Positions 55,838 through 64,000 of a stretch of DNA of 64,000 bases are shown here, piece after piece. The notes under the pieces are model-generated. The model had not been told where the DNA came from and made no database searches. It worked only from the letters and a program-made list of their open reading frames with translations. The position numbers and the translations under genes were made by a program. Origin of the DNA: an uncultured Candidatus Saccharibacteria bacterium (GTDB lineage Bacteria > Patescibacteriota > Minisyncoccia > Phycocordibacterales > JAACPR01); assembly GCA_964630375.1 (NCBI GenBank), contig CAZVRT010000001.1:71379-135378 (forward strand), given 5' to 3'. How positions within the stretch are numbered: the first letter of the stretch is position 1; each line of letters begins with the position of its first letter.

Positions 55838-57610
55838 TTATTCCGCAATTTTTGAGATATCAAAATCATCAAAGTTTTCCTTGTTTGGATCTTCATTAGC
55901 CCATCCATCTGAAGCATCGCCAAGACCACTTCTTGAAGCAAGGTCTACAACTCGTTTTAGTTCAGCTAAGTCGGTATATCCTTTAAGAATTTTAGTTACC
56001 CCGTCTTGTGCCATGTCCATAATTCCTTGATGTTCGGCAGCTGTTTTTATTTCTCTTTCACTTGGGTTTGATTCAAGTGCCAACTCAACTTTTTTGTCAG
56101 AAAGAACAGCTTCGAAAACTCCAATTCGTCCTTTGTATCCAGTGTGATTACATTTTTCACATCCTCCTTCTTTTGCTTTGTGAATTTTGTCAGACCATTC
56201 AACTTCTTTTTCTTTAATACTTTCGTATACACTTTTCATTAAACCTAAATCTTCGCCTTCAAGTAAAATTTCTTCTTTACAATTTTCACAAAGTCTTCGC
56301 ACAAGCCGTTGAGCGATTGCCATACTGATTGCTGACGTTAGAATTTTTGGATTAACTCCCAAGTCGATAAGTCGTGTGAATGTTCCGGCGGCGTTGTTGG
56401 TGTGAAGAGTGGAGAACACTAAGTGTCCTGTAAGAGCGGCGTGAACCGCTGTTTCTGCTGTTTCTAAATCTCGGATTTCTCCCACCATGATTACATCGGG
56501 ATCTTGTCGCAAAGTTTTTTTCAAACCTGTTGCAAAGTCATAACCTTTTGCACTGTCGACTTGTGTTTGAACGATTCCTTCTAGGTGATATTCGATTGGA
56601 TCTTCAATTGTGATGATTTTTATTTCAGGAGTTTTTTTCAATCGAAGAAAAGCATAAAGAGTTGTCGTTTTTCCGGAACCTGTTGGACCTGTGTTCAAAA
56701 TCATTCCGTTTGGACGAACAAGATTTTCCATAAATACTTTCATCAATTTGTCTGGAACACCAAGATCTTGAATCTTAACTTGAATAGATGCCGGATCAAG
56801 AAGACGCATAACAATACTTTCTCCATAATTTCCCGGAAGAGTAGAAGAACGAATCTCGATTTCTCTTTGTCCGATAGCGACGCTGAAACGACCATCTTGA
56901 GCGGTTTCTTTGATATTTAGTTTCATTCCAGAAAGAAGTTTTATTCTTGAAAGAAGAAGTTTGTATGTTTCTTCATCCAAGTCTACAACTTCAATCAAAA
57001 CTCCGTCCAAACGAAAACGAATTTTTATTAAAGTTTTTTCTGGTTCGATGTGAATGTCGGAAGCGCCAAGTGCGATTGCTCCAGCCATGACAATTTCTAC
57101 AATTCTAGAAATTCTGAAGCTTTTTTTCATTTGCACGATTTCTTCAATCAATGCTTTCACATCTTCGATTCTGTGGACTTCGTTTATAAAGTCCTCAATG
57201 TCTTTGCTTGAAATTTCTAGCATTCCTTCTTTTGTGTTGCTCGCATATGAAATTTCTTTGTATCTTTCCCAAGCTCTCTCAAGGCTTTGAGTTGAAACCA
57301 TAAAAGGTTCGACAATAAAACCTTTGTCTTCCAGATTTTTTACCGCTCGCTGAGTATCTTCACGACCTGGTGCAAGCATTGCTACTCTGGCTCTTTTTCC
57401 AATCAAATCGAAAACTGCCATTTTTGAGGCGCGAGCTTCGTCTTCTTCTAAAATTCTTAGTCCGTCGGTGTCGATTGTGATTCTAGAAAGGTCTGCATAG
57501 GGAATTTGGTATTTTTTTGAGAGAATTTTTGCAAGGTCTTCTTCTTCGCGACGACGGAGCTCCGCTACGCGTGTATCTCGTAATTCTTCATCTGCAAATT
57601 GGACCATCAT
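55838..57610 (-). CDS. pilB: Type IV pilus / type II secretion assembly ATPase (GspE/PilB family)
   Basis: It has Walker A GPTGSGKTTTL, Asp and His boxes, and the C-terminal tetracysteine motif CENC...CEKCNHTGYKGRIGVFE. Confidence 0.85.
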   Translation of the reverse strand: MMVQFADEELRDTRVAELRRREEEDLAKILSKKYQIPYADLSRITIDTDGLRILEEDEARASKMAVFDLIGKRARVAMLAPGREDTQRAVKNLEDKGFIVEPFMVSTQSLERAWERYKEISYASNTKEGMLEISSKDIEDFINEVHRIEDVKALIEEIVQMKKSFRISRIVEIVMAGAIALGASDIHIEPEKTLIKIRFRLDGVLIEVVDLDEETYKLLLSRIKLLSGMKLNIKETAQDGRFSVAIGQREIEIRSSTLPGNYGESIVMRLLDPASIQVKIQDLGVPDKLMKVFMENLVRPNGMILNTGPTGSGKTTTLYAFLRLKKTPEIKIITIEDPIEYHLEGIVQTQVDSAKGYDFATGLKKTLRQDPDVIMVGEIRDLETAETAVHAALTGHLVFSTLHTNNAAGTFTRLIDLGVNPKILTSAISMAIAQRLVRRLCENCKEEILLEGEDLGLMKSVYESIKEKEVEWSDKIHKAKEGGCEKCNHTGYKGRIGVFEAVLSDKKVELALESNPSEREIKTAAEHQGIMDMAQDGVTKILKGYTDLAELKRVVDLASRSGLGDASDGWANEDPNKENFDDFDISKIAE

Positions 57611-57770
57611 TGCAGTAATTTTAGCACACAAATTGATGTGCAAAATTTTTTTTATTTGATTTGTTTAGGAGGAAAATTCGGGAAGTGTTTTAAAGTGCTG
57701 CCAAAGTATTGAGGGGATACGGATAGGTGCAGATTGACATTTTGTGTTTTTATTGTTATTATTCCAGACA

Positions 57771-58676
57771 ATGAAATCGTTCTTTTTCAACAACAGGACG
57801 GCGTTTCTCGCCGTGTTCACCCTTATGTTCAACCTGTTTTCGGTCTCGCTTGTCGAGGCTGGAACTCAACCCGTCAAAGAGAAGAAGGGTTTGGCGAAGA
57901 TTTTCGCCAAGAAAGCCCCGACTATCGATTCTGTTGCGAGGCAGGCACCTGTGCAAGCTTCGGCTTCCAGGCCGAGCTGTGTTCCGCCGAAATGTCAGCC
58001 GACACAAGTTGTCAGGCAACCACGGATTATCTACGAATACGAAGATGTTGTGGAGGTCATCAAACGACCCAAAATCATCTACGAGGACGAGATACACGTT
58101 GTCAAGCGCCCCGTAATTGAGGAGGTGGAGGAAGTGTTTAAAGTGCCAGTATACATTCCCGAAATTGAAACTAGGAAAGTAGTAATTCCGGTGTATGTCG
58201 TAGAGACAAAGACCGTTCCGGTTTCGGTACAGGTTTCACAACCTGTTGTGTATGCTCCGGCGCCTCAGGTGATTCATTGCCCTCCGCCTATTGTATATGC
58301 ACCTGCACCACAGATGGTACACTGCCCTCCGCCTGTGCAAAGGTGTCCTCCTGTTCAGCAGGTGAGATATTCTGCTCCGGCGCCGAGGACTGTTTATCGT
58401 CAACCTTGTCCTCCTCCGCGTCAGTATGTGAGGCATCAACAACAGTATCGTCAGCCTTGTCCGCCTCCGGAAGGGTATCGACAACCACCGCGTAGACACT
58501 ACGCAGGTGGTGGGCATCCAGGTTACGGTGGGGGATTCAACTTCAATCCTGTGAATATAAATCAGGGTAACAACATCATGTATCGCTCTGGTGGCAACCA
58601 CAACCCTAATGCTGGGTTGGGGCAAGCCGCTGTCCGCCATGCGCTTGCGCAAGGTGGTATGTTCATGGGAAGGTGA
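57771..58676 (+). CDS. GC-rich secreted Pro/Val/Gln-rich repetitive protein
   Basis: It has a signal peptide (MKSFFFNNRTAFLAVFTLMFNLFSVSLVEA) and repeats such as VYAPAPQ(V/M)(I/V)HCPPP, with a Gly/Asn-rich tail. It is about 50% GC with high GC3, and is followed by a terminator (58690-58730). Confidence 0.5.
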   Translation: MKSFFFNNRTAFLAVFTLMFNLFSVSLVEAGTQPVKEKKGLAKIFAKKAPTIDSVARQAPVQASASRPSCVPPKCQPTQVVRQPRIIYEYEDVVEVIKRPKIIYEDEIHVVKRPVIEEVEEVFKVPVYIPEIETRKVVIPVYVVETKTVPVSVQVSQPVVYAPAPQVIHCPPPIVYAPAPQMVHCPPPVQRCPPVQQVRYSAPAPRTVYRQPCPPPRQYVRHQQQYRQPCPPPEGYRQPPRRHYAGGGHPGYGGGFNFNPVNINQGNNIMYRSGGNHNPNAGLGQAAVRHALAQGGMFMGR

Positions 58677-58858
58677 AGTTTTGGTGCGCGAGGTGATTGC
58701 GAAAGCAATCGCCGAGCGCACCTTTTTTATTTGATTTATTTAAATTTATTTTATTTCTTTAAAAATTAGTATTCATTCAATTTTATTAAACTCAAAAATT
58801 AAAATTGACACGCCTTTTAATAAGAGTATATTGACTTTGAACAACCCAATACATTCAC

Positions 58859-59113
58859 ATGGAATCATACTCCGACCAAGAATATGAATTTTTGCTTAAG
58901 TTTTATGCAGGCGAATCTGATTTGGAGAAAAAGTTTGATATGCTTCTTCAGGCTTTAGGCGGAGGACAAATTGCATTTTATGCGCTCGCAATGCCTTCTG
59001 AAAATCATTTTCAAGCTATATACGACTCAGAAATTCCAATTGAAAGAAAAATCCAAGATTTGGAAGATAATCTTTTGAAACAAGAAGGCTTGAGAAAGAG
59101 AATTCTTTGCTGA
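58859..59113 (+). CDS. Small hypothetical protein
   Basis: The 84-aa ORF has no recognised family. Confidence 0.3.
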   Translation: MESYSDQEYEFLLKFYAGESDLEKKFDMLLQALGGGQIAFYALAMPSENHFQAIYDSEIPIERKIQDLEDNLLKQEGLRKRILC

Positions 59114-59158
59114 GCTACTTTGTGGCTCTTTTTATTTTTGCTATGCTGAATCATATCT

Positions 59159-59599
59159 ATGAGAGTTTCATTTGAACAAATGCCGGATTTTGCAGAAGAT
59201 TTTTTAAACGATATTTCTGCTAATTATTCAAATCTAAATCACGCTTTGTTGGTTGCTCTTTCTGGTAATCTGGGTGCTGGCAAAACCACTTTTACTCAAC
59301 AAGTTGCAAACCTGTTGGATGTTGAAGAAAAAATCACAAGTCCAACTTTTGTATTGATGAAAAAATACGATATTGATTTTGGTCAATTTAGAAATTTAAT
59401 TCATATTGATGCATATCGAGTTGAAGATTCTGATGAAGTTTCAATTTTAAATTTGCCGGAACTTTTTGAAGATCCAGAAAATTTAATTTTATTGGAATGG
59501 CCGGAAAAAATTTCTGATATTTTACCAGAAGAAAGAATTACAATTTCATTTGAAGTTGTTGACGAAGAAAGGGAAATAACTATTTCAAAAAATGTCTAA
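59159..59599 (+). CDS. tsaE: tRNA threonylcarbamoyladenosine biosynthesis protein
   Basis: It has the P-loop LSGNLGAGKTTF and the motif SPTFVLMKKY...IHIDAYR, which is the YjeE/TsaE signature. Confidence 0.8.
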   Translation: MRVSFEQMPDFAEDFLNDISANYSNLNHALLVALSGNLGAGKTTFTQQVANLLDVEEKITSPTFVLMKKYDIDFGQFRNLIHIDAYRVEDSDEVSILNLPELFEDPENLILLEWPEKISDILPEERITISFEVVDEEREITISKNV

Positions 59600-61952
59600 A
59601 ACAAAAAAAAGAAAAATAATTCTATTTGATTCTCATGCAATTATTCATCGTGCATATCATGCGCTTCCAGATTTTAGTAATTCAAAAGGTGAGCCAACGG
59701 GAGCTTTGTACGGACTTTCTTCGATGTTGATGGCGATTATAAATGAGTTTAAGCCAGATTTTATGATTGCTGCTTTTGATTTGCCGAAGCCAACCTATCG
59801 TCACGAAGCATATGCTGATTACAAAACAGGACGAAAAGCTCTTGATGAAAATCTTTCGGTTCAAATAAAAAAGTCTCGTGATATTTTTAAAGCGTTTGGA
59901 ATTCCAATTTATGAAGCGGCAGGTTTTGAAGCTGACGACATTATCGGAACAGCTGTTGAGCAACTGCAAAAAAATCCTGACAACGAAATAATTATTGCGT
60001 CAGGAGATATGGACACAATGCAGCTTGTTTCAAAAAAGCAGGTAAAAGTTTTCACTTTGCGAAAAGGAATTAAAGATACAGTTTTGTATGATGAAAATTC
60101 TGTAATAGATAGATTTGGTTTTAAGCCCAATCAACTTATTGATTTCAAAGGTTTGAGAGGTGATCCGTCAGACAATATTATTGGTGTTCCAGGAATTGGA
60201 GAAAAAACTGCTACAACTCTTTTACAAACTTTTGGAACAATAGAAAAAATTTACAAAGCAATTGAAGAAGATTCGCCAAAGTTTAAAGAAATAAAAATAA
60301 CTCCAAGAATCATCGGTCTTTTGATAGAGCATAAAGAAGAAGCTGAGTTTAGTAAAATGCTGGCGACTATTCGTCGGGACGCACCTGTCGAAATTGAAAT
60401 TCCAGAAGAAAGTTGGATGGAAAATATTCCAACTCAAAAAATAAAAACGCTTTTTAACGAATTGGAATTTCGTTCTCTTTCTGAAAGATTTAACAATTTG
60501 TTTTCAAATGGCGAAAATCTTGAAGAAGAAAAACAACAAGAAGATATTGATGAAAATCTTTTGGAAGAAGCGAAAGTTGGTTTGTGGCTTTTGAATTCTG
60601 ATTTAACAAATCCATCTCTTCAAGATGTTTTGCATTTTGCACGAACAGAAAATTTTGAGCAAGCATACAAAAAAATTCTGGAAGAAATTTCAAAAAACAA
60701 AATGGATTTTGTTTTTGAAGAAATCGAGAAACCACTGATTCCAATTTTGAAAAAAATGGAAGAAAAGGGAATTGCTGTTTTGCCAGAAATTTTGAAAGAA
60801 CTTTCAAAAGAGTACAAGAAAAAACTGGCTGTTCTTGAAAAAGAAATTTACAAAACTGCTGGAGAAGAATTTAATATCAACTCGCCTAAACAAATGGCAG
60901 ATATTTTGTTTGTAAAAATGGGATTGAAATATCAAGGTATGAGAAAAACTTCGACTGGTGCATATTCAACAAAAGAAGAAGTTTTGCAAAAACTTATCGA
61001 TGCCAGCCCGATTATCGAGCTAATTTTGGAATACAGAGAGTTGGCAAAACTTGTTTCAACTTACATTGATAAAATTCCGGAGATGATTGCAAAAGATGGG
61101 CGATTGCATCCAAGTTTTGTTCAAACAGGAACAACAACGGGTCGGATGTCTTCTCAAGATCCAAACATTCAAAACATTCCAATTAAATCAGAAAACGGTC
61201 GGCGAATTAGAAATGCTTTTGTTGCTGCAAAAAACAAAAGACTTTTGGCTTTCGATTATTCTCAAATGGAGCTTCGGCTTGCTGCAATTTTTTCTGACGA
61301 TGAAAAACTTTTGGAGTCTTTTAGGTCTGGAAATGATATTCACTCAAGTGTAGCTTCGTTCGTCTTTAAAGTTCCGCAAAATGAAGTTACAAAGGCAATG
61401 CGAGCAAAAGCAAAAACAATTAACTTCGGAATTTTGTACGGAATGGGAGTTGTTGCTCTTCAGAAAAATTTGAAAACTGATAGAAAAGAAGCACAAAAAT
61501 TCTATGATGATTATTTTGAAACTTTTACAACACTTGCAAATTATTTGAACAACACAAAAACAGACGCGAAGATAAAAGGTTACACAGAAACTTTGTTTGG
61601 ACGCCGAAGATATTTTGAAGGTATAAATTCTTCTCTGCCTTTTATTCGTGCGCAAGCTGAAAGAATGGCAATCAATGCACCTATTCAAGGAACACTCGCT
61701 GATATTACAAAACTGGCAATGGTCAGAGCTTCAAAATGGGTTGAAGAAAATAAAATGAACGGCAAAGTTGATTTACTTTTGCAAATTCATGATGAACTTA
61801 TTTTTGAAGTTGATGAAGATTTGGTTGAAAAAGTTGCACCAGAAATTCAAAAGATTATGGAAAATGTACTTTCTGAAGAGCAAAAGAAAGGTGTGCAGAT
61901 AATTGTCGAAGGTTCCGTTGGAAAAAGTTGGGGAGAGATGAAAAGTCTATAA
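59592..61952 (+). CDS. polA: DNA polymerase I (5'-3' exonuclease plus polymerase; the 3'-5' exonuclease region is reduced)
   Basis: It has the N-terminal FEN-like domain (ILFDSHAIIHRAYHA). The polymerase motifs are A (DYSQMELR), B (RAKAKTINFGILYG) and C (QIHDELIFE). It is 786 aa. Confidence 0.9.
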   Translation: MSKTKKRKIILFDSHAIIHRAYHALPDFSNSKGEPTGALYGLSSMLMAIINEFKPDFMIAAFDLPKPTYRHEAYADYKTGRKALDENLSVQIKKSRDIFKAFGIPIYEAAGFEADDIIGTAVEQLQKNPDNEIIIASGDMDTMQLVSKKQVKVFTLRKGIKDTVLYDENSVIDRFGFKPNQLIDFKGLRGDPSDNIIGVPGIGEKTATTLLQTFGTIEKIYKAIEEDSPKFKEIKITPRIIGLLIEHKEEAEFSKMLATIRRDAPVEIEIPEESWMENIPTQKIKTLFNELEFRSLSERFNNLFSNGENLEEEKQQEDIDENLLEEAKVGLWLLNSDLTNPSLQDVLHFARTENFEQAYKKILEEISKNKMDFVFEEIEKPLIPILKKMEEKGIAVLPEILKELSKEYKKKLAVLEKEIYKTAGEEFNINSPKQMADILFVKMGLKYQGMRKTSTGAYSTKEEVLQKLIDASPIIELILEYRELAKLVSTYIDKIPEMIAKDGRLHPSFVQTGTTTGRMSSQDPNIQNIPIKSENGRRIRNAFVAAKNKRLLAFDYSQMELRLAAIFSDDEKLLESFRSGNDIHSSVASFVFKVPQNEVTKAMRAKAKTINFGILYGMGVVALQKNLKTDRKEAQKFYDDYFETFTTLANYLNNTKTDAKIKGYTETLFGRRRYFEGINSSLPFIRAQAERMAINAPIQGTLADITKLAMVRASKWVEENKMNGKVDLLLQIHDELIFEVDEDLVEKVAPEIQKIMENVLSEEQKKGVQIIVEGSVGKSWGEMKSL

Positions 61953-61969
61953 AATGATAAAATAGATTT

Positions 61970-62680
61970 ATGTTGTATTTCTTATACGGAGACGTGCCAA
62001 AAGCAGCGGAAAAAGCCAAAAGCATGGTGGACGCTTTGCTTGCTAAACAACCAGATGCGGCACGATTCAAAATTGATTCTCAAAATTGGTCTGAAAATGA
62101 AATAGAAGGATTGCTTGATGGGCAAGGACTTTTTTCTCAAAGATACATCATCGAGTTGAGACATTTATTTGAAAAAGCAGAAACAGCGGAATCTGTGATT
62201 TCTTTTTTGCCGGAAATTGCAGAATCAGAAAATATTTTTATTTGGGTAGATCGAGATGTTGATGCAAAAAAAATAAAAGAAATTGAAAAACACGCTGCAA
62301 AAGTTCAGCAATTCTCTGAAGATAAAAAAGCAGAAAAACCAACTTTCAATGTTTTTAGCTTAGCGGATGCTATTTGTGAAAGAAACAAACAAAAGCTTTG
62401 GGTTTTGTATCGAGATGCTCTAAATTATTTTCCTCCTGAAGAAATTCACGGAACACTTTTTTGGCAAATAAAAAGTTTGCTTTTGGCTATAAAGACAAAA
62501 AATGCTGAAGAGGCAGATATGAAAGCTTTTCCTTACAACAAAGCAAAAGCTGGTGCAAAAAAATATTCTGAAAATGAAATTGAGCAACTGACAACATCTC
62601 TGATTGAAGTTTCTCATGAAGCTCGTCGAGGAAAGCGTGATTTTGAGATTGCTTTGGAGCGGTGGGTTTTGAGTATTTAA
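61970..62680 (+). CDS. holA: DNA polymerase III delta subunit-like protein
   Basis: The size, the position after polA and the N-terminal MLYFLYGD...G..LF pattern resemble HolA. Similarity is weak. Confidence 0.4.
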   Translation: MLYFLYGDVPKAAEKAKSMVDALLAKQPDAARFKIDSQNWSENEIEGLLDGQGLFSQRYIIELRHLFEKAETAESVISFLPEIAESENIFIWVDRDVDAKKIKEIEKHAAKVQQFSEDKKAEKPTFNVFSLADAICERNKQKLWVLYRDALNYFPPEEIHGTLFWQIKSLLLAIKTKNAEEADMKAFPYNKAKAGAKKYSENEIEQLTTSLIEVSHEARRGKRDFEIALERWVLSI

Positions 62681-62698
62681 AATGTTAAAATTATAAAC

Positions 62699-63007
62699 AT
62701 GATTGAAATGCTAAATCCAAAAGAAGAATTGTTTGCAGAATTTGAAGATGAAAAAAATGAAATCCGATCACTTTATACAAACATGATTGATAAAGCCTTT
62801 GCTTTAGAAACACCCTATAATCCAGCTGTTAATTTCCGTGATTTTATTAAAGAAAAATTTGAAGTTCTGGGAATTGGTGACAGACCAGAAGATTTTGGTG
62901 CATATCATTATGCAGTAGGAAGCAGTCCAGATGGAAGGGAAATGGCTTTTGATACAGATGATTCTCTGATTTTAGAATCTCTGCGTGAATTTGCTGAGAC
63001 AATTTAA
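62699..63007 (+). CDS. Hypothetical protein
   Basis: The 102-aa ORF has no recognised family. Confidence 0.3.
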   Translation: MIEMLNPKEELFAEFEDEKNEIRSLYTNMIDKAFALETPYNPAVNFRDFIKEKFEVLGIGDRPEDFGAYHYAVGSSPDGREMAFDTDDSLILESLREFAETI

Positions 63008-63089
63008 TTATTTCTTGTCCGTCCGTACTTCGTTCTGTCCGTCCGCGTTCGGAAATAATGAAAATTCATTTTCATTATTTCCCCTCTTG

Positions 63090-63162
63090 TCCGTCCAGTA
63101 GGATTCGAACCTACGACCCTCCGCTTAAAAGGCGGGTGCTCTACCAACTGAGCTATGGACGG
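63090..63162 (-). tRNA. tRNA-Lys (anticodon UUU)
   Basis: The reverse-complement has D-arm TAGCTCAGTTGGTAGAGCA, an anticodon loop CTTTTAA, and T-arm GTAGG-TTCGAAT-CCTAC. The acceptor is CCGTCCA/TGGACGG with a C1-G72 pair. Confidence 0.7.
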
Positions 63163-63185
63163 AAGTGGTTGTTAGCATACACTTT

Positions 63186-63596
63186 TTACAGAGGTAAATC
63201 AACTGCGAATGCTCCAGCGCCTGTAAGCAATAATGAAAGGGAAACCACGATCATAACCAGATAAAATGTAGAGTCGTGCGGCAAAATTCTTTCAACACGG
63301 TTTTCTATATAATAAAGAGCGACTAAAATATATACTGAAATTAGTACAGAAATTTGTGTAAAAGCTCCAATTAGGAAGAAAGTTCCCAAAATTATTTGAG
63401 CGATTCCAAATTTCCAAGGCAAGAAAGCGGCTAGTGGAAATTCTTTGCTTGAAAAATACGCTACAAATAAAGCTCTTTTTGTTTGTCTAATCATGTCGAT
63501 TCCGATTGAAATCAAAACGAAAGCCAAAACCCAACGCAAAAGAGTTGGTGCTAATATTGAATAATTTAATAATTCTGGGAATGGGTTTAACAACAT
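63186..63596 (-). CDS. DoxX-family membrane protein
   Basis: It is 136 aa with four TM helices, which is a DoxX-like topology. Similarity is weak. Confidence 0.45.
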   Translation of the reverse strand: MLLNPFPELLNYSILAPTLLRWVLAFVLISIGIDMIRQTKRALFVAYFSSKEFPLAAFLPWKFGIAQIILGTFFLIGAFTQISVLISVYILVALYYIENRVERILPHDSTFYLVMIVVSLSLLLTGAGAFAVDLPL

Positions 63597-63624
63597 ATGT
63601 TTTTAGTATAAAGTGATTATTAAT

Positions 63625-64000
63625 ATGAAACAAGCCAAAGAAACATATGTGCTTTTGCATAATATTCGTAGTACTCAAAATGTTGGGGCAATTTTGCGAA
63701 CTTGTGATGCTGCTGGAATTGATAAAGTTTTTTTCTCTGGGATCACTCCATCGCCAGTTGATCGTTTTGGTCGCAAGAGAAGTGATGTTGCGAAGAGTGC
63801 ACTTGGGGCAGAAGAAACTGTAAATTGGGAAGTTCTGGAAGGTGCGGACTCCGCGGAAAAATCTGCCCAGAATGTTTTGGAGTTTTTAAGTGAAATGAAA
63901 TCAAAAGGATTTCAAATTATTGCATTGGAGCAAAATGAAAATTCTGTTGACTATAAAAATTTAAACAAAGAATTTCCGGCAGAGAAGAGGGTTGTGGTTT
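63625..64000 (+). CDS. SpoU/TrmH-family RNA 2'-O-methyltransferase (3' end lies outside the window)
   Basis: It begins MKQAKETYVLLHNIRSTQNVGAILRTCDAAG, which is the SPOUT motif 1 context. The frame is open to the window end. Confidence 0.65.
   Translation, partial: MKQAKETYVLLHNIRSTQNVGAILRTCDAAGIDKVFFSGITPSPVDRFGRKRSDVAKSALGAEETVNWEVLEGADSAEKSAQNVLEFLSEMKSKGFQIIALEQNENSVDYKNLNKEFPAEKRVVV

Noticed and set aside
63058-63264. 68-aa plus-strand ORF
   Set aside because: It lies over the minus-strand tRNA-Lys (63090-63162) and its flank. The translation is low-complexity and is a tRNA antisense artefact.
1-64000. CRISPR arrays
   Set aside because: No regularly spaced 25-40-bp direct repeats were found. 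The only dispersed repeats are the palindromic terminator family and the TTTCACGTGAAA cluster, neither with CRISPR periodicity.

Overview
This is an AT-rich bacterial chromosomal segment of about 35% GC that spans the replication origin: rpmH-rnpA-yidC sit divergent from dnaA-dnaN, with DnaA-box clusters between them. Most of the window is compact housekeeping content. It includes ppa (3' end), tig without a PPIase domain, rsmE, clpP, rny, hup, truD, cca, xth, a xerC/D-like recombinase, rpsO, comM/yifB, pcrA/uvrD, ksgA, a class A PBP, tyrS, ruvC, yebC, ruvB, pilB, tsaE, polA and a holA-like gene, plus six minus-strand tRNAs. The small proteins, the reduced domain architectures and the type IV pilus and T4SS content suggest a reduced-genome lineage (CPR/Patescibacteria-like); this is inference only.

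The parts that are not routine are these. First, a roughly 13 kb type IV secretion / conjugation-like cluster (30.0-42.9 kb) carries VirB6-, VirB3-, VirB4- and VirB2-like genes together with many unknown membrane and secreted proteins, and lies immediately next to oriC. Second, several small genes are anomalously GC-rich at 45-55% GC with high GC3, and each has its own terminator. Two of them are tandem cassettes that share a conserved ~60-bp leader and sit next to the tyrosine recombinase. Others are inserted between truD and tRNA-Pro, between yebC and ruvC, and between pilB and tsaE. Third, there is a family of long AT-stem hairpins with GC-rich loops at gene 3' ends. Fourth, a 12-bp palindrome, TTTCACGTGAAA, recurs seven times within 2.1 kb. 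Fifth, there are two candidate structured RNAs, one of which may be the RNase P RNA. A DinJ/YafQ toxin-antitoxin pair is also present. No CRISPR array and no rRNA were seen.
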